Below, in pieces: positions 56,667 to 63,620 of a DNA stretch of 64,000 nucleotides. The position numbers and the translations under genes were made by a program. This DNA is from a virus, in IMG/VR virus record IMGVR_UViG_3300009509_000013, positions 1-64,000 of that record. The stretch is one strand, 5' to 3'. The number at the start of each line of letters is the position of its first letter. Positions within the stretch are counted from its first letter, which is position 1. A model generated the notes under the pieces. It made no database searches. It had not been told where the DNA came from and saw only the letters and a program-made list of their open reading frames with translations.

Positions 56667-57155
56667 TTACCACCACGCCCAACGATCATTAGGATCGCCC
56701 CAAGCTTCGCGCGGAATCTTGACCCGTTGCCCGGCGAAGCGACGCGCGTCAACTTCGAACGGGTTGTCGTAATACGAATGAAGATTTCGCATGAAGCAAA
56801 ATATGAAAATTGAGATCAAAAAGTAAAGGAAAGGCGAAAGAATCCCGAAGATCATTTGTTGTTTGACGTGTCGCGATTCATGCGGAATCGTCCGCTCGCC
56901 CTTCGCGTCGTGTCGAAGCACAATGAACGCGCCCGACGACCAACCGAGCCAACCGGGATCGCCCGGTTCGTTGTTCTTTCCTTCGAGCGTCTTCGAAAGC
57001 CAAGTTCCCTTGACCGTTCGGAACTCGACGAAATCAAGCGACGCTTCAACGAATCGAACTTGTCGGAACGCCCAAAGCCCGCCGATATAGATCGCGGAAA
57101 CGAGCGACACGGGAAGAAGCCAAATGTGACCGAGAATTTTCAAGAAAGACTTCAC
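56667..57155 (-). CDS. membrane-associated HExxH protein
   Basis: HESRHVKQ...YYDNPFEVDAR with two hydrophobic segments. Confidence 0.6.
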   Translation of the reverse strand: MKSFLKILGHIWLLPVSLVSAIYIGGLWAFRQVRFVEASLDFVEFRTVKGTWLSKTLEGKNNEPGDPGWLGWSSGAFIVLRHDAKGERTIPHESRHVKQQMIFGILSPFLYFLISIFIFCFMRNLHSYYDNPFEVDARRFAGQRVKIPREAWGDPNDRWAWW

Positions 57156-57823
57156 ATTTCCGCCTTTCGCTTTCGAACGACACGTCGCCCGCCGTGAACC
57201 TTGTTCGCTTTCGCCTTGTTCGTCTTGTTCTTTGCCTTCGTCTTCCCCGTGTTCCCCGCTTTCGTCATTGGAGCCGGCGGGAGCGCCGGCTTTTCGTCAT
57301 AATGCAACGCGCCGGGGTCCATGTCCAAAATTGACTGTTCCCCGTATTTCCCGATCAACGAATTCAAATTCGCGAGTTCGCTTGTGATCATGGTTCGAAG
57401 TTGTTTGTTCGTCATGTCCGAAACCATGACGCCGGCGAGAATTCGCTTTTCTTCGGGTCGCTTGTCGATCAACCCAATGTCTTGACCGAACTTCACGATC
57501 TTGTCGACAATATCCGACTTCGCCCGGATTGCCCCGACGCGCGCCGAAAGTTGTCCGGGAGCGAAGACGTCGCCCAATTCGTCGAGCGCCTTCAAGCAAG
57601 CCCGTTGCTCGACCATGTAATCGACGAAGACTTCTTCGACGGGTCGATTTCGGAGCCGTTCGCCTTCGAGTTCGTAAAGCTTCCGCTTCAACCGATCAAA
57701 TTGATCTTGTTCAAGCCCCATTGCGTCGCGAGCTTCGGCGTCGGACATTCCTTCGCCCAAGTGTGCAAGCAAGCGCGCAACCGCTCCGCGAAGTTCGTCT
57801 TTTGTCATTCCGAGCGTTGCCAT
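57152..57823 (-). CDS. probable terminase small subunit
   Basis: N-terminal HTH-like region and helical core; first gene of the late block upstream of TerL. Confidence 0.5.
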   Translation of the reverse strand: MATLGMTKDELRGAVARLLAHLGEGMSDAEARDAMGLEQDQFDRLKRKLYELEGERLRNRPVEEVFVDYMVEQRACLKALDELGDVFAPGQLSARVGAIRAKSDIVDKIVKFGQDIGLIDKRPEEKRILAGVMVSDMTNKQLRTMITSELANLNSLIGKYGEQSILDMDPGALHYDEKPALPPAPMTKAGNTGKTKAKNKTNKAKANKVHGGRRVVRKRKAEM

Positions 57824-57831
57824 TGCGCGGA

Positions 57832-57837
57832 ATTATA
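57832..57837 (-). promoter_or_regulatory. -10 element (TATAAT) for the late operon
   Basis: Perfect TATAAT 8 nt upstream of the ATG; no clear -35 or SD. Confidence 0.45.
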
Positions 57838-57895
57838 GACCGAAAAGAGCAAAAAAACCTAGCGAAACGCCGGGAAGTCGATTCGTAAACGGAAC

Positions 57896-57921
57896 GCCGG
57901 CGGGGAGAATCCCCCGCCGGC
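57896..57921 (-). terminator. GC-rich hairpin at the early/late boundary
   Basis: 10-bp stem GCCGGCGGGG/CCCCGCCGGC. Confidence 0.55.
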
Positions 57922-57951
57922 AACGGAACGGAAAGGAACGGAGATCAAAAA

Positions 57952-58671
57952 CTAGGCGACGCGCAAAAGCGAACGTTCAACGCCCTTCGATTGTGCCTTC
58001 GCGCGCCTTCGCGCGTCAAGCTTTTTCAAGCAACGTTCGGCTTTTGTTTCGTATTCGTCGCGCCGCTTTTCTGTCGGCGAACAACCCGCCGCCGCCAACC
58101 AATGCCCGGCGGCTTCCGAATAGCGAAGCTCCGCTTCGGCGTCGCGCGCGAGCTTCGCCCAATACGCCGGCGAACGTTGCTCCGCTTCGGAGCGCCGCTT
58201 TCGTTCGTAATAGTCAACCTTCGCTTGCCATTTCGACAATTGAGTTCGAAGCCGCTTGATCTTCGTCGTCAATTCTTTGACCTTCGCCTTCGCCTTGCGT
58301 TCCCGACCTTCCGACGCGAGCGCCGCGCGCTCCGCCTTCGACTTCGGTTGAAGCGGAACCTTCCGGCGAAGCTCGATCCCGTCGACTTCAACCGCCATGA
58401 TCCAAGGGTTTTCGGGAGCCGCGTCGCGACCGCCGGCGACGAACGCGCAACCCCAAGCGAGCGCTTGCGCGACCTTCGTCACGTCGACCGCGCCCTTCGG
58501 GATTCTCAGGCGAATTGACGACCGCCCCGCCCTAACTGTCGGGTGACTTTGCCGCGCGCCCGTGACCGTCAACGTCGCGCGCGTGACGCCCCATTCGCGA
58601 GCGATCCGCGTGAACAAGCTTCGGAGATCGCGCCCGTTCAAGTCGGTCTTGTTCTCGATTGCGAGCTTCAT
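57952..58671 (-). CDS. hypothetical early protein (basic, coiled coil)
   Basis: AGGCGGGG RBS; ATGA overlap with the receiver gene. Confidence 0.6.
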   Translation of the reverse strand: MKLAIENKTDLNGRDLRSLFTRIAREWGVTRATLTVTGARQSHPTVRAGRSSIRLRIPKGAVDVTKVAQALAWGCAFVAGGRDAAPENPWIMAVEVDGIELRRKVPLQPKSKAERAALASEGRERKAKAKVKELTTKIKRLRTQLSKWQAKVDYYERKRRSEAEQRSPAYWAKLARDAEAELRYSEAAGHWLAAAGCSPTEKRRDEYETKAERCLKKLDARRRAKAQSKGVERSLLRVA

Positions 58672-59006
58672 TTTTCCCCGCCTTTCGGTTGAAGCGCGGC
58701 TTCAATCGCCGCGCGAAGTGTCGTTCGACTTGCCGGCTTGCTCAAAATGGCGACCGCGCCAATCGGTTGAAGCGCCATTGACCCGGAGTGAATGACAACC
58801 GGAACCGGCGATTCTTCGAGAACGCGAGCCCCGCCGCCGTTCGGCATGACCCAATCGGAAACGACGACCGCCGCTTCGGAGTAAAGCGCCGCCGCTTCAA
58901 CCGGGTCGCTCGCCGTCACGACGTCGAAGCCTTCCCGCCGAAGCTCGCGCTCGACCGCCTTCAAGATCTCCGGCGTGTCGTCGACAATCAAAATCTTCGT
59001 GTTCAT
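58668..59006 (-). CDS. single-domain response regulator (CheY-like receiver)
   Basis: KILIVDD, VSDWVMP (phospho-acceptor Asp), IHSG, LSKP. Confidence 0.88.
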   Translation of the reverse strand: MNTKILIVDDTPEILKAVERELRREGFDVVTASDPVEAAALYSEAAVVVSDWVMPNGGGARVLEESPVPVVIHSGSMALQPIGAVAILSKPASRTTLRAAIEAALQPKGGEK

Positions 59007-59062
59007 ATTCCCCGCCTTTCGGGGCGAAGCTCCGGGCTTTCGCCCGGAGCCCGCCGCCCTGT

Positions 59063-59947
59063 TTAGATCGCTTCGGCGATCAATTCCGCTTCGGCTTCAA
59101 CCGCCGCTTCGAGCATGTAACGGCGAATCCCCCGGAAGCGCTTCGTTTGAATCGCGACCGGATTCACGAACTCGACGAAATCGCCGGTCACTTGAACGGC
59201 TTCCGGCTCGATCAAGCCTTGCGCGACCAATTCGTCGACGGTCGCTTCGGCTTTCGCGCTCGGAGCTTCCGCCGGACGGGTGACGACATAGGAGCCGCCG
59301 ACCTTGCGCTTCCCGCATTTTCTTTCTTGCTCCAAGGCGACCGCGCCTTCGGGAATCAAGTCAACGCCCTTCGCCGCGATCTTGTCGCGAGCTTCGGCTT
59401 CCATTGCGTCGGAAACGATGTATTCCGCCGCGCTCGGAACGTAAAGCCCGAAGATTCGGCCAAGGGGAAGACGACCGGAGCCGCCGCAACGCTCGCACAT
59501 TTTCTTGGCGTCGTCCGCGACTTCGCCGGTCGGCTTGCCGTCGCGTTCGTTGTGCTTCGCGTGACGTCGCATTCCGAGCCAATCGCGATAGGCGAGTTCG
59601 GTTCCGTCGTCGAGCTTCACCTTCCCGCCGGTTCCGCGAACGATCTCGCCCAACCCGCCGCAATCGCCGCAAGCAACCGGCTTGCCGTCTTGCTCGGTCG
59701 CGACGATCTCGCCCTTGCCGGAGCATGTTTCGCAAGCTTTGACTTCGAGGCAATCCGGGCAATCTTCATGCTCGCCTTCGTCGTGCGCCACGAAGACGAC
59801 CGTTCCCGGCTCCATAAGCGCCGCCGCGATATGGTGATTCGGGACGCGCTTCGAAAGCCCTTGCTCTTTGACTTCCGTCATGAACGCTTCAATCGTCGGA
59901 TAGTCGCGAGCGCCAACCCATTGAAGATATGTCTTGTTGATTTGCAT
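59063..59947 (-). CDS. protein with DnaJ-type CxxCxGxG zinc-finger repeats
   Basis: CETCSGKG, CGDCGGLG, CERCGGSG, CPDC. Confidence 0.7.
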   Translation of the reverse strand: MQINKTYLQWVGARDYPTIEAFMTEVKEQGLSKRVPNHHIAAALMEPGTVVFVAHDEGEHEDCPDCLEVKACETCSGKGEIVATEQDGKPVACGDCGGLGEIVRGTGGKVKLDDGTELAYRDWLGMRRHAKHNERDGKPTGEVADDAKKMCERCGGSGRLPLGRIFGLYVPSAAEYIVSDAMEAEARDKIAAKGVDLIPEGAVALEQERKCGKRKVGGSYVVTRPAEAPSAKAEATVDELVAQGLIEPEAVQVTGDFVEFVNPVAIQTKRFRGIRRYMLEAAVEAEAELIAEAI

Positions 59948-59982
59948 TGTCCGATCCTTTCGTTTCGTGTTCCGTTGTTCCG

Positions 59983-60021
59983 TTCTATACTTAGTGTCTC
60001 AAATTTCGGTTGAAGTGTCAA
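59983..60021 (-). promoter_or_regulatory. repeated early promoter, copy 1
   Basis: TTGACA CTTCAACCGAAATTTGA GACACT AAGTATAGAA. Confidence 0.7.
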
Positions 60022-60071
60022 GCCTAATTTCGAAAAAAATCACCTAAAAATTCCCCTGAAATATTGCAGTT

Positions 60072-60248
60072 TTAGACCTTCCAAGGCGGCTTGACCCGCT
60101 CGACCTTGCCGGCTTTCGTGTTCCGGGAACGGTTGTTTTTGGAGCGCGAAAAAAGCGAGCGCTCGAAGCCGTCGTTCCGGTCGGCGTAAGAACCAAGCTC
60201 GACCGAAAGCGCGCGACGAAGTGAAAGCGTTGAAGCGTTGCAAGTCAT
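60072..60248 (-). CDS. 58-aa hypothetical protein (not in the ORF track)
   Basis: GGAG RBS then MTCNASTLSLRR...PPWKV*. Confidence 0.35.
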   Translation of the reverse strand: MTCNASTLSLRRALSVELGSYADRNDGFERSLFSRSKNNRSRNTKAGKVERVKPPWKV

Positions 60249-60311
60249 GGTTCCGATCTCCGTTCCTTCCGTTGCCGGCGGAGCCCCGCGCCCCGCCGGA
60301 GTTCGGTCGAC

Positions 60312-60608
60312 CTATCGGTCGACCTTCGGGCAAAGGTCGCCTTGTGCGACCGCCGCCCGGAGCCAAGCCCGCGCGAAAGCTTTCGCCTTCGCGACGGACG
60401 AAAAGCCGCGCCCGCCGTCGATTGCTTCCCAAATGTGACCGAGCATTCCGAGCCGGTCGACGCGATAGTCGCCTTCGCGACCGTCGATTCGGAACGCGAG
60501 CGAATGAACCCGCGAGCCGATCTTCGCGGTTGCGGTTGCGCCATAAATGCGGGAGTCGACTTTTTTGAACGTCATGGTTGAAGCTCCGTTGTTTGTCGTG
60601 TTCTTCAT
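60312..60608 (-). CDS. hypothetical early protein
   Basis: Starts MKNT directly after promoter copy 2; alternative SD-led start at MTFKK. Confidence 0.6.
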   Translation of the reverse strand: MKNTTNNGASTMTFKKVDSRIYGATATAKIGSRVHSLAFRIDGREGDYRVDRLGMLGHIWEAIDGGRGFSSVAKAKAFARAWLRAAVAQGDLCPKVDR

Positions 60609-60646
60609 TCTATACTTAGTGTCTCATGAATCGGTTGAAGTGTCAA
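60608..60646 (-). promoter_or_regulatory. repeated early promoter, copy 2
   Basis: TTGACA CTTCAACCGATTCATGA GACACT AAGTATAGAATG. Confidence 0.7.
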
Positions 60647-60734
60647 CCCCTAATTTCAAAAAAAATGATCTTTTTTCTGCTAGGAAAAATTGAAGTTTTG
60701 GCGGGGAGTTCGGGAGCGCGAAGCGCTTCAACCG

Positions 60735-60962
60735 TCAATAAAGAATCGTGTCGAAGCCCAACGAATCGCGCCGCCGGGGAAGGTCGCGCTTCGGAACGCC
60801 GGCTTCCGCCGCGCAAAACCCGACAAGTTCCGGCGAATCCGTGACGATCCCGACGCAAGTCTTCCCGAACATTCCGCGCCCGGAATAGTCGCGATAAACG
60901 CGCGCGCTTGCGCCTTCGTCTTCCATGCGTTCAACGATTGCTTCCGCTTGTTCAAGTGTCAT
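60735..60962 (-). CDS. hypothetical early protein
   Basis: GGAG RBS; YSGRGMFGKTCVG motif. Confidence 0.6.
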   Translation of the reverse strand: MTLEQAEAIVERMEDEGASARVYRDYSGRGMFGKTCVGIVTDSPELVGFCAAEAGVPKRDLPRRRDSLGFDTILY

Positions 60963-61034
60963 TGTTCCGATCTCCGTCAATGAACGACGGAGCCCGCCGG
61001 CGACCGCCGCCGGCGAAGCTCCGCGCGTTCGTGT

Positions 61035-61235
61035 TCACTTGCAAAACCGGGGAGCCGCGCCCCAACGTTCCGACGTGACGCGATCCGCTTCTTTGACGAT
61101 CAAAAGATCGGCGTCCGCGCGATAGCCCATGACGACCGCCTTCACGCCGAAATTTTCGACGACGTGACCGAAGGCGACCCAACGCCCCGACGCGATCTTG
61201 ACCGGCTCCATTCTGTCGTTTTCGAATTGTCGCAT
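61035..61235 (-). CDS. hypothetical early protein
   Basis: GGAGCGGAG RBS before MRQFEND. Confidence 0.5.
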   Translation of the reverse strand: MRQFENDRMEPVKIASGRWVAFGHVVENFGVKAVVMGYRADADLLIVKEADRVTSERWGAAPRFCK

Positions 61236-61300
61236 TTGCTCCGCTCCGTTTCGGTTGAAGGGGAGCGCCGGGGTCGAGCCCCGCGCGCTCCGCGTTTCTG

Positions 61301-61615
61301 TTACTTGTTCACCATGCGATAGATCGTTTCGTTCAAGTTCTCGACGAAGACGCCGTTCGCCGACTCGACGACTTTCATTTCGTAGGTTCGGCGATTGAAG
61401 CGAACGAACTCGACGTCGTAAAGGTCGAGCGCTCGGTCGAGCTTGACGACGATCTTCGTCAACTTCGAACGACCGACGACGAAGTGAAGACCGTCTTCGC
61501 CCGCGACCGCTTGACGCGCTCCGCAAGCCATTTTTGTTCCGACCGTGATTTGACTCCAAATGATTTGACCCGCGTTCATGGTTTCCGTTCCTTTCGTTGT
61601 GTCCGTGTTCTTCAT
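61301..61615 (-). CDS. hypothetical early protein
   Basis: Starts MKNT after promoter copy 3; DLYDVEF motif. Confidence 0.65.
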   Translation of the reverse strand: MKNTDTTKGTETMNAGQIIWSQITVGTKMACGARQAVAGEDGLHFVVGRSKLTKIVVKLDRALDLYDVEFVRFNRRTYEMKVVESANGVFVENLNETIYRMVNK

Positions 61616-61703
61616 TCTATACTTAGTGTCTCATAAAAAGCGGAGCCCGTCAAGCAAAAACGACAAGAAAAATTGAAAAAACGACATGAATTTTTCAAAT
61701 ATT
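61615..61703 (-). promoter_or_regulatory. repeated early promoter, copy 3, with AT-rich upstream tract
   Basis: TTGACG-N17-GACACT AAGTATAGAATG; 56 bp identical to copy 5. Confidence 0.7.
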
Positions 61704-61734
61704 AGAGCCAAAACAGAGCCAAAACAGAGCCAAA
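61704..61734 (+). repeat. tandem 11-bp repeat AGAGCCAAAAC, about 3 copies
   Basis: Read directly from the sequence. Confidence 0.85.
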
Positions 61735-61893
61735 TTTCGTCAATAATTACGCCTAGTTGTGAACGACGCCCTAGAATGCCCTAGAATCGACGCAACGAAG
61801 CCCGCCCTTGTCCGCGCCCGTGCGACCCCTGAAACGCGCTTGACGCCCCGGAATTCGCGCCCCTATGCCCAAAATTGAGCCCTTCCGCCGGCG

Positions 61894-62037
61894 ATTCAAC
61901 CGTTCGGGGAAGCGACGCTTCAACCGTTGCGCCCCGCTTCAACCGTTCGGGAGCCGTCGCTTCAACCGAAAGTGATCCAAGGGATCGAAGCCCGATCCGG
62001 TCGGCTTGCGCCGACCGGCGAGCGCTCGCTTCAACCG
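61894..62037 (+). repeat. cluster of five (C)TTCAACCG motifs
   Basis: Copies at 61894 (ATTCAACCG variant), 61918, 61937, 61960 and 62029. Confidence 0.8.
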
Positions 62038-62393
62038 TGATACGCGGCGACGACCGAAACCTTCCCGGCGATCTCGCGTTTGAACTCCGCGACCATTTCG
62101 GGATCGAACGACCGGAACCGCGACCGGGAAGTCGACACGCCGTTCGCGCTTGTCGTCGACTCGCCGAAGATCGAAGCCGGGGTCGGTTGGTTCCAACCGT
62201 CAACGATCAAAATGAACGGAGCGAAGCCGCCGACGATCTCCGACTCGCTCCGCTTGCGCTTCGCGACGAAGCGAACGAACGGCGCGGCGTCGTATTGCGC
62301 CCAAGTCTTGCGCCCGTGTTCGATCAACTTCGCTTCAATCGCGATCACGTTTCCGAAAAGCTCGCTCTTTGTGTAAATCGTGACCTTTCGCAT
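62031..62393 (-). CDS. hypothetical early protein
   Basis: AAAGGG RBS; genome-typical codon usage. Confidence 0.6.
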   Translation of the reverse strand: MRKVTIYTKSELFGNVIAIEAKLIEHGRKTWAQYDAAPFVRFVAKRKRSESEIVGGFAPFILIVDGWNQPTPASIFGESTTSANGVSTSRSRFRSFDPEMVAEFKREIAGKVSVVAAYHG

Positions 62394-62406
62394 TGTTCCG
62401 ACCCTT

Positions 62407-62535
62407 TCAAGCCTTGCGGCTTATGGTTGCGCGCTTCGCGGTTCCGGTCGTCGGGCGAACTTGGCAAGCGTTCCCGGTTGCCAGCGTTGCCAGAATGACC
62501 ATGATCGCGAATGCTTTGTTTGCCGTGTTCTTCAT
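62407..62535 (-). CDS. 42-aa putative lipopeptide (not in the ORF track)
   Basis: MKNTANKAFAIMVILATLATGNACQVRPTTGTAKRATISRKA*, directly after promoter copy 4. Confidence 0.45.
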   Translation of the reverse strand: MKNTANKAFAIMVILATLATGNACQVRPTTGTAKRATISRKA

Positions 62536-62573
62536 TCTATACTTAGTGTCTCATAAATCGGTTGAAGCGTCAA
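62535..62573 (-). promoter_or_regulatory. repeated early promoter, copy 4
   Basis: TTGACG CTTCAACCGATTTATGA GACACT AAGTATAGAATG. Confidence 0.7.
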
Positions 62574-62649
62574 GCAAAAAACGCAAGAAAATCTGATTTT
62601 TTTCGGGTTATTTTTCGGATATTTAGACGAAGGCGGCGATTTTTCGACG

Positions 62650-62678
62650 AAAACCGCCGGGAATCGAACCCGGCGGCT
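62650..62678 (-). terminator. intrinsic terminator
   Basis: GCCGCCGGG-TTCGATT-CCCGGCGG followed by TTTT, after gene 62691-63305. Confidence 0.65.
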
Positions 62679-62690
62679 TGCGTTTCCGAC

Positions 62691-63305
62691 CTAGTAAAGC
62701 GCCTTGACCGCTTCGAGCAACCGGCGAGCCGTCACGACGTCGCCCGCGTCGATTGCCGCTTCAACGCGCGCGTGAAGCAAGTTCCGAGCGTCGGCGATTG
62801 CGTCGTTCGTCATGGGGATCGAAAGAACGTTCGCGGCTTCGGCGACCGGCTCCGCTTCAACCGTCGCGGCTTCGACGATTGCTTCGGCGGAGATCACAAC
62901 CGCCGGAGCCGCGCGGAGCGCTTCAAGTTGCGCGTCGGCGGCTTCGCGAACCGAAACATGCTTATAGAAATCAACGTCGAAATAGTCGGTCATTGAATCG
63001 GAGTCGTCGCGATTGTAGGCTTCGACGATCCCGGCGATCTTGTCTTCGGTTTCCTTCCAAGCGTCGAGCGCTTCCCAATCCCGCCCATATTCGTCGTTAG
63101 TGTCGCGAAGCGTGACGAATTGAACCGGAGCTTCTTTGACGTCGACGGAAAGGCTTTGGCCCATGCTGTAACGGGAAATCCGAACGCCGAACTTCCAACC
63201 CTTGCCGAAAGCGGCTTTCAAGTCGGCGCGAACTTTCTTCGCGACGTCTTTCAAGTCTTGCCCGTTCTCGAATTTGCTTCCAATGTATCCGCGTCCGTAA
63301 CTCAT
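62691..63305 (-). CDS. LPD29-like (polyvalent-protein associated) domain protein
   Basis: VRADLKAAF..KFGVR..YSMG.SL.V and YNRDDSDSMTDYFDVDFY; start MSYGRG. Confidence 0.6.
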   Translation of the reverse strand: MSYGRGYIGSKFENGQDLKDVAKKVRADLKAAFGKGWKFGVRISRYSMGQSLSVDVKEAPVQFVTLRDTNDEYGRDWEALDAWKETEDKIAGIVEAYNRDDSDSMTDYFDVDFYKHVSVREAADAQLEALRAAPAVVISAEAIVEAATVEAEPVAEAANVLSIPMTNDAIADARNLLHARVEAAIDAGDVVTARRLLEAVKALY

Positions 63306-63332
63306 GATCTCCGCCTTTCTTGTTGTGTTCCG

Positions 63333-63421
63333 TTCTATACTCTTTGTCTCATAAATCGGTTGAAGCGTCAAGCAAAAACGACAAGAAAAATTGAAAAAAC
63401 GACATGAATTTTTCAAATATT
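63333..63421 (-). promoter_or_regulatory. repeated early promoter, copy 5, with AT-rich upstream tract
   Basis: TTGACG CTTCAACCGATTTATGA GACAAA GAGTATAGAA. Confidence 0.65.
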
Positions 63422-63620
63422 CGGATTCATTGAAGATTTTCTTCAAAAAAAATTGCTTTTTTGGGGTCGATTTTTCTGAAATTAGGCTTCGACGGAGCCC
63501 CGGAACGGAGAAACCGGAGCCCCGTCGAGCCCGAACGGAACGGAACGAAGTCGATTCGTTGACCCGGCGAGCCCCGCCGGGAGCCGCCGGCGGTTAGCGC
63601 CGGCGGCTTTCGTCGTCGGT

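Noticed and set aside
62650-62690. GGTTCGATTCCC resembling a tRNA T-arm on the minus strand
   Set aside because: No D arm, anticodon arm or acceptor stem; it is the loop of a terminator hairpin just after a stop codon.
59983-63421. Dispersed repeats as a CRISPR array
   Set aside because: Spacing is 600-1000 bp with genes between copies, there are no cas genes, and the repeats look like promoters.
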